From Candidatus Bipolaricaulia bacterium (GTDB lineage: Bacteria; Bipolaricaulota; Bipolaricaulia; RBG-16-55-9), in assembly GCA_042219045.1 (NCBI GenBank), contig JBDGQO010000033.1:28167-92166 (forward strand): DNA of 64,000 nt, in the 5' to 3' direction. Shown piece by piece: positions 27,980 through 39,075 of the stretch. Position 1 is the stretch's first letter. Each line of letters begins with the position of its first letter. The notes under the pieces were generated by a model that made no database searches, was not told the DNA's origin, and saw only the letters and a program-made list of their open reading frames with translations. The position numbers and the translations under genes are program-made.

Positions 27980-29547
27980 GCGTGCACAAATCCCATGAAC
28001 AAGGGTCGAGGTGAGGTCGGACGCGACTTGAACTCCGGATGGAACTGGGACGCGATGAAAAAGGGATGATCGGGAATTTCTGCGATCTCCATGCGGCGTC
28101 CGTCGGTCGAGGCGCCGGAGAAGCGCAGGCCGGCATCTTCGAGCCACGGGATGTAGTCCGGATGGACCTCGAAGCGATGGCGATGGCGCTCCTCGATCGT
28201 CTCGGCGTCGTAGAGCGCGTGCGCGAGCGTGTCGGGCTTGAGGTGGACGGGATACGACCCGAGCCGCATGGTGGCGCCCTTGTCGGCCAGATGGCGTTGC
28301 TCCGGCATCAGGTCGATCACGGGATGCTCCGCGTCGCGTTCGAACTCGGTGCTGTTGGATCCCTGGAACCCCAAGACGTTGCGGGCAAACTCGACGACCG
28401 CCATTTGGAACCCATAACAGATCCCGAGAAACGGAAACCCGTTCTCGCGCGCGTAGCGGATTGCGTCGATCTTGCCTTCGGCGCCACGATGGCCGAAGCC
28501 GACGGGCACGATCACGCCGTCGACGTCCTCGAGCCAGGCGTCGCGATACTCGTCGGCCTCGATCCAGACGATCTCCGTACTCGCTTGGTGGTGAGCCGAC
28601 GCGTGGCCCAAGGCCTCGACGTAGCTGACGTAGCTGTCGCGCAGATCAGTGTATTTGCCCACAAGCGCGATGCGGAGCCCGTGCTCGGGGTGCTGGGCTT
28701 TGTGGAGGTAGTCGCGCCACTCGCTCAGGTCGTGTTCGTTCGGAAACAGTTCCAGTCGCCCCATCAAGTAGTCCGTCAGGCCTTGTTCCTCGAAGACGAG
28801 CGGGACGTCGTAGACGAGGTCGACGTCGTGATGACTGACGACGGCCTCCCCCGGAACGTCGCAGAACAGCGCGATCTTTTCCTTGATGGCGACGCTCAAC
28901 GGCGCGTCGCTGCGGCCCAGGATGATGTCGGGTTGGATGCCGATCGCGCGCAGCTCCTTGACCGAATGTTGTGTCGGCTTTGTCTTGTGCTCGCCCACGG
29001 CCCCGAGTTGGGGAACGAGCGTCGTGTGGGCAAAGGCGACGTGGGCGTCGCCGAGCTCCTGGTGCATCTGCCGGATGGCCTCCAGGAAGGGCATGCTCTC
29101 GATGTCGCCGACGGTGCCGCCGAGCTCGACGATCATGACGTCGGCTTGGGTCTGGTCCTCCACCCGCCGAATGGCGGCCTTGATCTCGTCCGTCACGTGG
29201 GGAATGATCTGGACCGTCTCGCCCAAATACTCGCCGCGACGTTCCTTTTCGATGACCGTCTTGTAGACCTTGCCCGTGGTAATATTGTGATCGCTGGTGA
29301 GGTCTTGGTGCAGGAACCGCTCGTAGCTGCCGAGGTCCATGTCGACCTCGCCGCCGTCGTCCAGGACGAAGACTTCCCCGTGCTGATAGGGGTTCATCGT
29401 GCCGGCGTCGCAGTTGAGATAGGGATCGATCTTGACGGCCGTGACGCTGAGGCCCCGGGCTTTCAAGAGCCGTCCCAGCGAGGCGGTGGCAATCCCCTTG
29501 CCCAGTCCAGACAGCACGCCGCCGGTCATGAAGAGGTATTTGGTCAT
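27907..29547 (-). CDS. pyrG: CTP synthase
   Basis: 546 aa. [20 protein letters not shown]-terminus, GATase C-terminal domain (GICYGFQ). Confidence 0.93.
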   Translation of the reverse strand: MTKYLFMTGGVLSGLGKGIATASLGRLLKARGLSVTAVKIDPYLNCDAGTMNPYQHGEVFVLDDGGEVDMDLGSYERFLHQDLTSDHNITTGKVYKTVIEKERRGEYLGETVQIIPHVTDEIKAAIRRVEDQTQADVMIVELGGTVGDIESMPFLEAIRQMHQELGDAHVAFAHTTLVPQLGAVGEHKTKPTQHSVKELRAIGIQPDIILGRSDAPLSVAIKEKIALFCDVPGEAVVSHHDVDLVYDVPLVFEEQGLTDYLMGRLELFPNEHDLSEWRDYLHKAQHPEHGLRIALVGKYTDLRDSYVSYVEALGHASAHHQASTEIVWIEADEYRDAWLEDVDGVIVPVGFGHRGAEGKIDAIRYARENGFPFLGICYGFQMAVVEFARNVLGFQGSNSTEFERDAEHPVIDLMPEQRHLADKGATMRLGSYPVHLKPDTLAHALYDAETIEERHRHRFEVHPDYIPWLEDAGLRFSGASTDGRRMEIAEIPDHPFFIASQFHPEFKSRPTSPRPLFMGFVHACLHQSGQPTSSAPDPDDVAARSS

Positions 29548-29646
29548 GGTGGGGTCACTCGCCGCATTATAGGCGGCCCGATGGGGCCCATCAAGGAGGC
29601 CCGTCGCTCGGGCGCTGAGCGCGGATCGTTCGACCGAGGCAGAGCG

Positions 29647-30285
29647 TCACTCGGCCTTGATCGCCAGAGCGATGCCGTCGCGCAGCGGGACGATCATCGA
29701 TTCCAGTTCGGGCCGATCGGTCACGAAGCGATTAAATTCGCGCATCGCTTGGACCATGGCGTCGCCGCCATCGGCCTCGGCCACCTCGCCCATGCGCAAC
29801 ACGTTGTCGGCCAGAATGACGCCGCCGGGCGCGATCTTCGGCATGGCCGCCTCGAGAAACTCTTGGTACTGCTCCTTCTCGTGGTCGATGAAGCACAGGT
29901 CGAAGGGCCCATCCAGGGACTGCAGCGATTTGAGCGCGTCGCCCACGACGATGTCGACGCGCTCGCTCACCCCGCCCTCTTCGAGATTGGCCCGCGCGAT
30001 CTCGGCCATGTCCGGACTGGCGTCGAGCGTCGTGATGCGGCCGTTCCAGGCCTGCGTCGCACGGGCGAACCAGAGGGACGTGTAGCCGATCGCCGTTCCG
30101 GCTTCCAGGATCTGGGACGATCGCTGGATTTTGGCGATAGTGTGGAGAAACTGGCCGCCGACCGGGCCGATGATCGGCACGTCGTGCTCGTCGGCATAGG
30201 CCTCCATACGGCGCATCAACTCGTCGCGCTCCGGCGTCAGCTTCGCGATGTAATCCTCGACGTATTCGGCCGTGATGCCGCGCAT
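29647..30285 (-). CDS. Class I SAM-dependent O-methyltransferase (family 3, caffeoyl-CoA OMT-like)
   Basis: 212 aa. LEAGTAIGYTSLW, FDLCFIDHEKEQY. Confidence 0.8.
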   Translation of the reverse strand: MRGITAEYVEDYIAKLTPERDELMRRMEAYADEHDVPIIGPVGGQFLHTIAKIQRSSQILEAGTAIGYTSLWFARATQAWNGRITTLDASPDMAEIARANLEEGGVSERVDIVVGDALKSLQSLDGPFDLCFIDHEKEQYQEFLEAAMPKIAPGGVILADNVLRMGEVAEADGGDAMVQAMREFNRFVTDRPELESMIVPLRDGIALAIKAE

Positions 30286-30320
30286 CGGATTTCCTCCTTC
30301 TTGTCTGGTCGGCCCCTCGC

Positions 30321-31469
30321 TCAGATCTTGCCGAGCAGGGCCCGCGCGATGATCAGCCTCTGCACCTCGCTGGTGCCCTCATATAGCTCGGTGATCTTGG
30401 CGTCGCGGTAGAACCGCTCCACGGGATACTCCTTGATAAACCCGTAGCCGCCGTGGATCTGCAGCGCCTCGTTGGCGACTTCGCGGGCCACTCGTGAGGC
30501 AAACAGCTTCGCCATGGAAGCTTCCTTGGCCGGGTTGCCGCCCTCGGCGATCTGCCACGCGGCCCGATAGGTCAGCAGCCGGGCGGCGTCGATGTCGGTC
30601 GCCATGTCGGCCAGCTTGAACTGGGTCGATTGGAAGTCGACGACGGCGCGGCCGAACTGCTCGCGCTCCTGCGCATACCCGAACGCCTCGTCGAACGCGC
30701 CCTGGGCGATGCCGACGGCCTGGGCCGCTACCGCCACGCGCCCCCGGCTGAAGAACTGCATGAGCTGATAGAAGCCCATGTCGGGTTGGCCGATGATGTT
30801 CGCGGCCGGAACGCGGACGTCCTCCAACGTGATCTCGGCCAGGTCGGAGGCGCGAATGCCGAGCTTCTTCTTCAAGGGCTCGGCCGTGAACCCCTCGCGA
30901 TCGGCCTCCACGATAAACGCGGTGATGCCCATGTGGCGATCGGGTGGGTCGGGATTGGTGCGGGCAAAGACGATGAGGAAGTCGGCAATCGCCCCGTTGG
31001 TGATGAACATTTTCTGGCCGTTGAGGACGTACTCGTCCCCGTCTTGTTCGGCCTTGGTGGACATGCTGGCGACGTCGGAGCCGGCCTCGGGCTCGGTGAT
31101 GGCCGAGCCCATCACTTGATCGCCGCTGGCCACCGGGACCAAGTATCGCTGTTTCTGCTCGTCCGTGCCGAACTCCAAGAGCATGTCGCTGCCGAACGGG
31201 CGGGCCGTGATCGCCAGGCCGATGCCGGGATCCCCGCAGAACAGCTCCTCGATCGCGATCGTCTGGGCGAGGTAGTCCATGCCGGCGCCGCCGTACTCGG
31301 TCGGCAGCGCGGGCGCGATCAGGTCGAGTTCCTTGGCTTTTTCGACCGCCTCTTGGGGATACGTGGAGTGCTCGTCGCACTCGTCGGCGGCCGGGCGCAT
31401 GACCTCCTCGGCGAACTGTCGGGCCGTCTTGCGGAGCAGGCGGTGCTCCTCGCTCAATTGGAAATCCAT
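30321..31469 (-). CDS. Acyl-CoA dehydrogenase
   Basis: Trimmed to MDFQLSEEHRLL... (about 382 aa); ACAD N/M/C domains. The upstream 60 codons of the track ORF are not ACAD-like. The displayed text around 31440-31501 seemed 1 nt inconsistent with the track, so the start is +/-1. Confidence 0.85.
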   Translation of the reverse strand: MDFQLSEEHRLLRKTARQFAEEVMRPAADECDEHSTYPQEAVEKAKELDLIAPALPTEYGGAGMDYLAQTIAIEELFCGDPGIGLAITARPFGSDMLLEFGTDEQKQRYLVPVASGDQVMGSAITEPEAGSDVASMSTKAEQDGDEYVLNGQKMFITNGAIADFLIVFARTNPDPPDRHMGITAFIVEADREGFTAEPLKKKLGIRASDLAEITLEDVRVPAANIIGQPDMGFYQLMQFFSRGRVAVAAQAVGIAQGAFDEAFGYAQEREQFGRAVVDFQSTQFKLADMATDIDAARLLTYRAAWQIAEGGNPAKEASMAKLFASRVAREVANEALQIHGGYGFIKEYPVERFYRDAKITELYEGTSEVQRLIIARALLGKI

Positions 31470-31593
31470 CGACCCACCTCCGATGCCGGATACGGGGAAT
31501 TGTACGGACGGGGCCAGAAGCGCGTCAACGCGCTGTTGAAAGCGATTCGCAGCTCTGCTATCCTGCATCCCATCCGAAATCGGGGGATTAACC

Positions 31594-32949
31594 ATGACGC
31601 AGAAGCGCGCGTTCGTGCGGACCTGGGGCTGCCAGATGAACGAGCACAAGAGCGAGGGGATCGCCGGGCTCCTGGCCGACGAGGGCTACCAACTCGTCGA
31701 CCGGGCCGAGGACGCCGACGTCGTCATCTTTAACACCTGCATGGTCCGCGAAAAGCCCGAACAGAAGGTCTACTCCGAGGCCGGCACCATCCGGAATCTG
31801 AAAGAGAAGAACCCGGACATGATGCTCGGGGTCGGCGGCTGCGTCGCCCAAGCCATGGGCGAGAAGATCGCCGAGCGCAGCCCGACGGTCGACTTCGTCT
31901 TCGGCAGCTCCAACATCACCGACATTCCCCGACTCATCCGCGAGGCCGAGGCACGTCGCGAAAACGGAAATGGCAAGCGCGACGAGCCCGTCATGGCGAT
32001 CTCCAAGATCCCCGATCGGATCGAGGACACGCCCTTCATTCGCCATAGCTCGTTCCAGGGGAAGGTCACGATCACCGAAGGCTGTTCCAACTTCTGTTCC
32101 TTCTGCGTGGTTCCCTACACGACGGGGCTGCTGCGCAGTCGCTATCCCGGCGAGGTCATCCAGGAAGTGAGCGAACTGGCCGAGCAGAATTTTCAAGAAG
32201 TCCAGTTGCTCGGGCAGAATGTGGACTCCTATGGCAATGACCTGGATGATCCGGACATCACGTTCGCCAAGCTGTTGGACGCGCTCACGGCGATCGACAT
32301 TCCCCGGATCCGCTTCACGAGTTCGCATCCGCAGGACATCACGCCCGACGTTATCGACGTGATCAGCCGGCCGAACAACGTCTGCGAGCACGTCCACATG
32401 GCCGTCCAAGCCGGCAGCGATCGAGTGTTGGAAGCCATGCGGCGCGGCTACACCAAAGACGAGTTTTTGCGCATCGTCGACGACCTCAAGGCCAGCGTCC
32501 CCGGCGCCAACGTCACCACCGACATCATCGTCGGGTTCCCCACGGAAACCGAAGAGGATTTCAAGGAAACCGTCGATCTCGTTCGGAAGGCCCGCTTCGG
32601 CGGCGCGTTCATCTTCAAGTACTCGCCGCGACCCGGGACGATCAGCTACTACAAGTACGAGGACGACGTCCCCGACGAGCAGAAGCAACGGCGGCTGGAG
32701 CACCTGCTCGACCTCCAGAAGAGCATCACGGATGAGGAGAACCGACAACGCGTCGGCGAAACCTTGGAAGTGCTCGTCGAAGGCCCGGCCAAGCGCAAGA
32801 ACGACAGCCCCCATCGCTACCTCGGCAAGACCCGCGACAACCGGACCGTCCTCTTCGAGGGTTGCGAGGACATGGTCGGCTCCAGGGTCAATGTGGAAGT
32901 CGACGAGGGCAGCGTCGCCGGCTTAGTTGGCCGCGTGGTCGCCGACTGA
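31594..32949 (+). CDS. miaB: tRNA-i6A37 methylthiotransferase (radical SAM)
   Basis: 451 aa. MTTase N-terminal domain, CxxxCxxC radical SAM (CSNFCSFC), TRAM C-terminus. Confidence 0.9.
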   Translation: MTQKRAFVRTWGCQMNEHKSEGIAGLLADEGYQLVDRAEDADVVIFNTCMVREKPEQKVYSEAGTIRNLKEKNPDMMLGVGGCVAQAMGEKIAERSPTVDFVFGSSNITDIPRLIREAEARRENGNGKRDEPVMAISKIPDRIEDTPFIRHSSFQGKVTITEGCSNFCSFCVVPYTTGLLRSRYPGEVIQEVSELAEQNFQEVQLLGQNVDSYGNDLDDPDITFAKLLDALTAIDIPRIRFTSSHPQDITPDVIDVISRPNNVCEHVHMAVQAGSDRVLEAMRRGYTKDEFLRIVDDLKASVPGANVTTDIIVGFPTETEEDFKETVDLVRKARFGGAFIFKYSPRPGTISYYKYEDDVPDEQKQRRLEHLLDLQKSITDEENRQRVGETLEVLVEGPAKRKNDSPHRYLGKTRDNRTVLFEGCEDMVGSRVNVEVDEGSVAGLVGRVVAD

Positions 32950-32983
32950 AGCGGGCATGCCCGCTTGATACAATTTTACCAAT

Positions 32984-34084
32984 ATGATGACCCCCATTGA
33001 ACGACGCCAGTCCCGTGTGGTCCACGTCGGCGACGTCCCGATCGGCGGCGATCACCCCATTGCCGTCCAGTCGATGACCACCGTCGACACGCGTGACGCC
33101 CAGGCCTCCGTGGATCAGATCCACGACATGGAGCAAGCGGGCTGCGAGATCGTCCGCGTGTCCGTGCTCAACATGGACGCGGCGTATAACCTGGGCGAGA
33201 TCAAGCGCCAGATCAACATTCCCCTTGTGTCCGATATCCACTTTGATCATCGACTGGCATTGGAAGCGATCCGGCAGGGCATTGACAAAGTCCGCCTCAA
33301 TCCGGGCAACATCCAGAAACCCGACAAGATCAAGGAAGTCGTTCAGGCCGCGAAGGACGCGGGCATTCCCATCCGCGTCGGCGTCAACTCCGGGTCCCTG
33401 CCCAAGGACCTCTTGATTAAGCACGAGGGCGCGACGCCGGAGGCCATGGTCGAGGCCGGGCTCCGTGAGATCGAGATCCTGGAGAACGAAGGCTTTAAGG
33501 ACATCGTCATCTCGCTCAAGTCGACCGACGTCCGCATCATGATCGGGGCGTATCGGCTCATGGCCGAACGGGTCGATTACCCGCTCCATTTGGGTGTCAC
33601 CGAGTCGGGCATGGGCGACGAGGGCGTCGCCAAGAGTTCGCTCGGCATCGGGTCGCTGTTGGAGCAGGGCATCGGCGACACGTTGCGGGTCTCGCTCACG
33701 GGCGATCCGACGCGCGAGGTGAAGGTCGCCTATCACATCCTCGGCGCGCTCAATCTCCGATGGCGCGGCGTCCAGTTCAGTTCCTGCCCCACATGCGGAC
33801 GAATCGGGATCAACTTGGAAAAGATCGTGACCGAGGCCCAAGAGCGCCTGGAGGGCGTGCAAGCCCCCATCAAGGTCTCGCTGATCGGCTGTGTCGTCAA
33901 CGGCATCGGCGAGGCGGGCCATTCCCACATCGGCCTGGTCGGCTACGACCAATCGGGCACGCTGTTCAAGGACGGCGAGCCCGTGCGGCAGCGGATTCCC
34001 GAGGATCAACTCGTGGATGAGCTGGTCGACCTGGTCCACGAGTACGAGGCAGAGCTGGAATCGGCCAACGGCCAAAGCAGCTGA
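32984..34084 (+). CDS. ispG: 4-hydroxy-3-methylbut-2-en-1-yl diphosphate synthase
   Basis: 366 aa. TIM barrel plus 4Fe-4S domain (FSSCPTCGR...GCVVNG). Confidence 0.92.
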   Translation: MMTPIERRQSRVVHVGDVPIGGDHPIAVQSMTTVDTRDAQASVDQIHDMEQAGCEIVRVSVLNMDAAYNLGEIKRQINIPLVSDIHFDHRLALEAIRQGIDKVRLNPGNIQKPDKIKEVVQAAKDAGIPIRVGVNSGSLPKDLLIKHEGATPEAMVEAGLREIEILENEGFKDIVISLKSTDVRIMIGAYRLMAERVDYPLHLGVTESGMGDEGVAKSSLGIGSLLEQGIGDTLRVSLTGDPTREVKVAYHILGALNLRWRGVQFSSCPTCGRIGINLEKIVTEAQERLEGVQAPIKVSLIGCVVNGIGEAGHSHIGLVGYDQSGTLFKDGEPVRQRIPEDQLVDELVDLVHEYEAELESANGQSS

Positions 34085-34120
34085 CGCGTGCAGACGAGCC
34101 GACGGCCAAGGCCATGTGCC

Positions 34121-34378
34121 ATGGTCCAATTGAGGACGATGCTCTGGAAGATCGGGGTCAACATTGCCGCGGTCGTGTTGATCATCGCCGGGATCATTCT
34201 CGGCCCGCTCCCCGTGCTGCCGGGATCGCCGCTCGTGATCGCCGGCATTCTCATGCTGAACTTCAAGGGCAAGAAGACGCTTTTGCTCAAGATCGGCCGG
34301 ACGCGACCGATGCAGTGGGTTATGGCTCGGTCACCGCAACTGGCAACGTTCTGGCAGAAGATGGGCCTACGTCCTTGA
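34121..34378 (+). CDS. Small membrane protein, DUF454/YbaN-like (PLPVLPG motif)
   Basis: Trimmed to MVQLRTMLWKIGVN...GPLPVLPGSPLVIAGILML, 85 aa, 2 TM. Confidence 0.45.
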   Translation: MVQLRTMLWKIGVNIAAVVLIIAGIILGPLPVLPGSPLVIAGILMLNFKGKKTLLLKIGRTRPMQWVMARSPQLATFWQKMGLRP

Positions 34379-34406
34379 CGCCTGCCTTGTTACGATCTAT
34401 ACTCAG

Positions 34407-35057
34407 GTGCCCTTGCGGAATATGGCCGTATCAGCGATCGTTCCGGCGTACAATGAGTCAGACCGCCTTGAGAGCGTGATTGAGCCTCTCAAGGCCGCGC
34501 CGTCCGTGGACGAGGTCGTCGTCGCCGACGACGGATCGATCGACGACACCGTCGGAGTTGCCCAGGCCCTCGGCGTACGTGTCGTGGAGCTCGGCGAGAA
34601 TCTGGGCAAGGCGGCTGCGCTCGACGTGGGCGTGAAGGCGGCCCGCAACGAGACGCTCCTGTTTCTGGATGCGGACCTCATCGGTCTCAGGCCGGAGCAC
34701 GTCGAGCTGTTAGCGCGCGTCTATGAGGAGAAGTCGCCCCACATGGTCGTCGGCGTCTTTAAAAGCGGCCGTCTCAACACGGACCTCTCGCAGAGCATCG
34801 CCCCGTATCTGTCGGGGCAGCGCGTCCTCTCGCGCCGCCTTTGGGAGCGGCTGTTGGAGCGGGAGTCGCTCGAGTTCGGCGTGGAAATGGCGCTCACGAA
34901 GCTCTCGCTCAAGGAGGACTGGCACGAGGAGCGGGTCTATCTCGAGGGCGTTACTCACGTCATGAAGGAGGAGAAGCGCGGATTCTCCGAAGGGTTTCGC
35001 CAGCGCATCACGATGTACGGCGACATCCTGCGCTCGTTCTTCAGCCGCACCGGCTGA
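34407..35057 (+). CDS. Glycosyltransferase family 2 (polyprenyl-phosphate sugar transferase-like)
   Basis: AIVPAYNESDRL...VVADDGSIDDT...LDADL. 216 aa. Confidence 0.7.
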   Translation: MPLRNMAVSAIVPAYNESDRLESVIEPLKAAPSVDEVVVADDGSIDDTVGVAQALGVRVVELGENLGKAAALDVGVKAARNETLLFLDADLIGLRPEHVELLARVYEEKSPHMVVGVFKSGRLNTDLSQSIAPYLSGQRVLSRRLWERLLERESLEFGVEMALTKLSLKEDWHEERVYLEGVTHVMKEEKRGFSEGFRQRITMYGDILRSFFSRTG

Positions 35058-35093
35058 CAACGCCCTCCGATTTCGGTACGCTAAAAAAGCATT

Positions 35094-36338
35094 ATGGACT
35101 CATCGTCTGTCGGCCACATGGCCGAGACCGATCCCCAAATCCATCAGGCCTTTCAGGACGAGCTGGCCCGCCAGCAAGGGACCGTGGAGTTGATCGCCTC
35201 GGAGAACTTCGCCAGCCCCGCGGTTCTGGAAGCGCAGGGCTCGGTGCTGACCAACAAATACGCCGAAGGCTATCCGGGCCGCCGTTATTACGCCGGCTGT
35301 GAGCACGTCGATCGGGTCGAAAAGTTAGCGCGCGAGCGGCTCTGTGAGCTGTTCGGGGCGGATCACGCCAACGTGCAACCCCATTCGGGATCCCAAGCGA
35401 ACATGGCCGTCTATTTCGCGGTCTTGAATCCCGGCGACACGATCCTGAGCATGGCCTTGGACCATGGCGGGCACCTCTCGCACGGCCATCCGGTCAACTT
35501 CGCCGGCCAGTTCTACAACGTCGTTAGCTACGGGGTGGATCGCGACACCGAACGCATCGATTACGAGGCGTTGCGCCATCGAGCATTGGAGGCCCGGCCG
35601 ACCTTGATCGTGGCGGGTGCCAGTGCCTATCCGCGCACGATCGACTTCGCGCGGATGCGGGCCATTGCCGACGAGGTCGGCGCCTATCTTATGGCCGACA
35701 TCGCCCACATCGCTGGCTTGTGTGCCGCGGGGGCGCATCCCTCGCCCGTGCCCCATGCCCATTTCGTCACCACGACGACCCACAAGACGCTCCGCGGCCC
35801 GCGCGGCGGCGCCGTCCTCTGTCATGCCGACCTGGCGAAGCAGCTCGACAAGACCGTCTTCCCCGGCATCCAGGGCGGGCCGCTCATGCACGTGATTGGC
35901 GCCAAGGCGGTGGCGTTCCAGGAGGCATTGAGCAAGACGTTCGAGCAGTACCAGCATCGCATTGTGGAGAACGCACGGGCGCTGGCGGCGGCGCTGGCCG
36001 AGCGCGGGTACCGGCTCGTCTCGGGCGGCACCGACAATCACCTTGTGCTCGTCGATCTCCGGCCGAAGGGAATCACGGGGGCCGATGCCGAAGCCCTCCT
36101 CGAGGCGGTCGGCATCACGGCCAACAAGAACGCCATCCCCTTCGATCCGGAAACGCCCAAGGTCACCAGCGGCATTCGTCTGGGCACGCCGGCGGTCACG
36201 ACCCGGGGCATGGACGCCGAGGCCATGTCGCGCATCGGCGCGTTGATCGATCGGGCCTTGTGCGGGGAATCTCCGGATCAGCTCCGCTGCGACGTCCAAG
36301 AGCTTTGCGCGGCGTTCCCGCTTTACGTGGGCGGATAA
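35094..36338 (+). CDS. glyA: Serine hydroxymethyltransferase
   Basis: [37 protein letters not shown] Lys [12 protein letters not shown]. Possible later start at 35118. Confidence 0.93.
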   Translation: MDSSSVGHMAETDPQIHQAFQDELARQQGTVELIASENFASPAVLEAQGSVLTNKYAEGYPGRRYYAGCEHVDRVEKLARERLCELFGADHANVQPHSGSQANMAVYFAVLNPGDTILSMALDHGGHLSHGHPVNFAGQFYNVVSYGVDRDTERIDYEALRHRALEARPTLIVAGASAYPRTIDFARMRAIADEVGAYLMADIAHIAGLCAAGAHPSPVPHAHFVTTTTHKTLRGPRGGAVLCHADLAKQLDKTVFPGIQGGPLMHVIGAKAVAFQEALSKTFEQYQHRIVENARALAAALAERGYRLVSGGTDNHLVLVDLRPKGITGADAEALLEAVGITANKNAIPFDPETPKVTSGIRLGTPAVTTRGMDAEAMSRIGALIDRALCGESPDQLRCDVQELCAAFPLYVGG

Positions 36339-36340
36339 GC

Positions 36341-36369
36341 TTGTCAGCTTACAGAAAGCAAGCTATAAT
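36341..36369 (+). promoter_or_regulatory. sigma70-like promoter TTGTCA-17-TATAAT upstream of rho
   Basis: Exact hexamers 36341-36346 and 36364-36369, 17-nt spacer. About 110-nt leader to rho ATG 36487. Confidence 0.4.
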
Positions 36370-36486
36370 ACGAGTCTAGGTGAGAGTTGCCCATCCAATC
36401 ACTTTCGTACATTCCGTCGTGCCGATGATTCAGGCGGCCCCAGTTATCAGCCCCCACTCGCCGCCCGATGAGGAGGTATCGTCCCC

Positions 36487-37800
36487 ATGGACATCAGCGA
36501 CTTGAGAGCCAAAAGCATCAAAGAGCTGCGGGAGATCGCCCAAGATCACGGCCTCAACGGCCTCTCGCAGATGAAGAAGGAGGAGCTTGTCTGGTCGATC
36601 CTGGAGGTGCTCACGGAAAAGGAAGGCCTGAGCATCAAGAACGGCGTGTTGGAGATCTTGCCTGACGGTTATGGGTTCCTGCGGGATAAGTCGTGTCTGC
36701 CGGGCAAGAACGACATTTACGTGTCGCCGTCCCAGATCAAGCGGTTCGGACTCAAGGACGGCGACATCGTCCGCGGCAAGGTCCGTCCGCCCAAGGACGA
36801 CGAAAAATATTACGCGCTGCTCAAGGTCCAGGAGATCAACTTCGACGAGCCAGACAATATTCGGAACCGGACCGATTTTTCCGATCTGACGCCATATCAC
36901 CCCACGGAGCAGCTCCACCTGGAGTACAACGGCGAGGAGTACTCCACCCGGATCATGGACCTGTTCGCTCCCATCGGCAAGGGCCAGCGCGGCCTGATCG
37001 TCTCCCCACCAAAGGCGGGCAAGACGACCCTCTTGAAAGACATCGCCCACGGCATCATGTACAACCAGCCGGAGGCCTACCTCATCGTGCTGCTCGTGGA
37101 CGAGCGGCCGGAAGAGGTCACCGACATTAAGCTCTCCCTGGAGCAGGGGGCCAACAACCTGAATCACGAGCCTGAGGTCGTCTCGGCGACGTTCGACCAG
37201 AAGCCGGAAATCCACGCCCGCATCTCCGAGCTCGTCATCGACAAGGCCAAGCGCCTGACCGAACACGGCATGGACGTCGTCGTCCTCATGGACTCCATCA
37301 CGCGCCTGGCACGCGCCTACAACCTCAGCGTCACCCCCAGCGGCAAGCTCCTCTCAGGCGGCATGGATCCGACGGCCTTGTATAAGCCGAAGGAGTTCTT
37401 CGGGGCGGCTCGGGCGATCGTCGACCTCAACGAGGAGGAAGACGAGCGGGGCTATCCCTCCAGCTTCGGCAGCTTGACGATTCTGGGCACCGCGCTCGTC
37501 GACACGGGCTCGCGGCTCGATCAGGTCGTGTTCGAGGAGTTCAAGGGCACGGGCAACATGGAACTCGTCCTGGACCGAAACTTGGCCAATCGCCGCGTCT
37601 TCCCCGCCATCGACCTCGAGATGACCGGCACGCGCAAGGAGGAGATGCTCCTTGACGAGGACATCCTTCGTCGTGTCTGGATCTTGCGCAAGATGATCGG
37701 CGACATGAACGACAAGCAAAAAGCCCTCGGCTTCATCCTCAGCGAGATGGCCAAAACCGAGACCAACGAGCAATTCCTGAACAACATGGCCAGCGGATAG
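36487..37800 (+). CDS. rho: Transcription termination factor Rho
   Basis: 437 aa. N-terminal RNA-binding domain, P-loop PPKAGKTTLL, no large N-terminal insertion. Confidence 0.93.
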   Translation: MDISDLRAKSIKELREIAQDHGLNGLSQMKKEELVWSILEVLTEKEGLSIKNGVLEILPDGYGFLRDKSCLPGKNDIYVSPSQIKRFGLKDGDIVRGKVRPPKDDEKYYALLKVQEINFDEPDNIRNRTDFSDLTPYHPTEQLHLEYNGEEYSTRIMDLFAPIGKGQRGLIVSPPKAGKTTLLKDIAHGIMYNQPEAYLIVLLVDERPEEVTDIKLSLEQGANNLNHEPEVVSATFDQKPEIHARISELVIDKAKRLTEHGMDVVVLMDSITRLARAYNLSVTPSGKLLSGGMDPTALYKPKEFFGAARAIVDLNEEEDERGYPSSFGSLTILGTALVDTGSRLDQVVFEEFKGTGNMELVLDRNLANRRVFPAIDLEMTGTRKEEMLLDEDILRRVWILRKMIGDMNDKQKALGFILSEMAKTETNEQFLNNMASG

Positions 37801-37806
37801 CTGGGC

Positions 37807-39075
37807 ATGGATTACATCATCGAGGGCGGGCATCCGCTCCACGGCCGCATCGCCGTGCCGGGGGCCAAGAACGCCGCCCTCCACATCCTCGTCGCGACGC
37901 TGTTGACCGATGCCCCGATCGAGATCGATCGCGTCCCGTCCGTTCGCGACGTTGACACGCTGAGTTCGCTGCTGAGGAGCCTCGGCAAACGGATCGAGCC
38001 CGACGGCGCGGAACGCCGTCGGGTAACGCCGTCGGGGCCCCTGCGGGCCGAAGCTCCCGTGGACGAGGTGCGCAATACACGGGCGTCGTTCCACGTGTTG
38101 GGGCCTTTGTTGGCACGCTGTGGCCAAGCGACCGTGCCGACCCCGGGCGGGGATCGGATCGGAGAACGTCCCGTCGATCTCCACCTAGATGGCCTCCGAG
38201 CTATGGGCGCTGCCATTGACGAGTACGACGGCTTCGTCCGCGCGAGGGCCCAGACGTTGGCGCCCGCTGACATCCGGCTGCGCTTTCCCTCGGTGGGCGC
38301 CACGGAGCACTTGATGATGACGGCCGCGCACGTGCCGGGCCGGACCGTCATCCGCAACCCCGCCCCCGAGCCCGAGGTCCAAGACTTGAGTCGGTTCCTG
38401 ACGACGCTCGGTGCCGCGGTCGAGTGCCACCCGACGTACGTGGCGGTTGAGGGGCGTCGGCATCTGCACGGCGGCGAGCACGCCATCATGCCGGATCGAC
38501 TGCAGGCGGGAACGCTGGCCATCGGCGCGGCGCTTGCGGGCGGCGAGTTGGACATCCGCTGCGATCCCTGGCACGTTCGTCCGCTGACCGCTACACTTCA
38601 AGCAATGACGATCGACATCGCGGAGCGCGCCGACGGCCTCGTCGTTCGTGGCACGGCCCCGCGAGAGTACCGTCCGACCGCCATCGAGACCCGACCCTAT
38701 CCCGGTTTCCCCACTGACATGCATCCGCCCATTATGCCGTTGTTGGCGCTGACGCCGGGCGAGAGCCGGCTCACGGAGACGATCTTTGGGGACCGATTCT
38801 CCTACGCCGACGGCCTCCGCCGGCTCGGCGCGGACGTGAGCGTCGAGGGTCGCACGGCGAGGGTCAAGGGCGTTGCTCAACTCAGTGGCGGTGACGTCGA
38901 GGAGCGGCGCGACAATCGGGCTGCCGCGGCTCTCGTGTTGGCCGGTCTCGCGGCCGAGGGGACGACGGTCGTGCGCGACGAGTACCATCACGTCTCGCGC
39001 GGCTACGGCGACTTCGCCGCAACGCTTTCGGAATTGGGGGCGATGATCTGGACCGATGAGCAACCGTCTCATTGA
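37807..39075 (+). CDS. murA: UDP-N-acetylglucosamine 1-carboxyvinyltransferase
   Basis: 422 aa. MDYIIEGGHPLHGRIAVPGAKNAALHILVA... EPT fold. Confidence 0.92.
   Translation: MDYIIEGGHPLHGRIAVPGAKNAALHILVATLLTDAPIEIDRVPSVRDVDTLSSLLRSLGKRIEPDGAERRRVTPSGPLRAEAPVDEVRNTRASFHVLGPLLARCGQATVPTPGGDRIGERPVDLHLDGLRAMGAAIDEYDGFVRARAQTLAPADIRLRFPSVGATEHLMMTAAHVPGRTVIRNPAPEPEVQDLSRFLTTLGAAVECHPTYVAVEGRRHLHGGEHAIMPDRLQAGTLAIGAALAGGELDIRCDPWHVRPLTATLQAMTIDIAERADGLVVRGTAPREYRPTAIETRPYPGFPTDMHPPIMPLLALTPGESRLTETIFGDRFSYADGLRRLGADVSVEGRTARVKGVAQLSGGDVEERRDNRAAAALVLAGLAAEGTTVVRDEYHHVSRGYGDFAATLSELGAMIWTDEQPSH

Noticed and set aside
28039-30411. 790-aa plus-strand ORF
   Set aside because: Antisense to pyrG and the O-methyltransferase. 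No domain signal. Both minus-strand genes are canonical.
30630-34129. Antisense ORFs 30630-31733 +, 31588-32814 -, 32888-34129 -
   Set aside because: Opposite acyl-CoA dehydrogenase, miaB and ispG respectively. Shadow ORFs.
35325-36299. 324-aa minus-strand ORF and 35720-36379 +
   Set aside because: Inside glyA on the wrong strand or frame.
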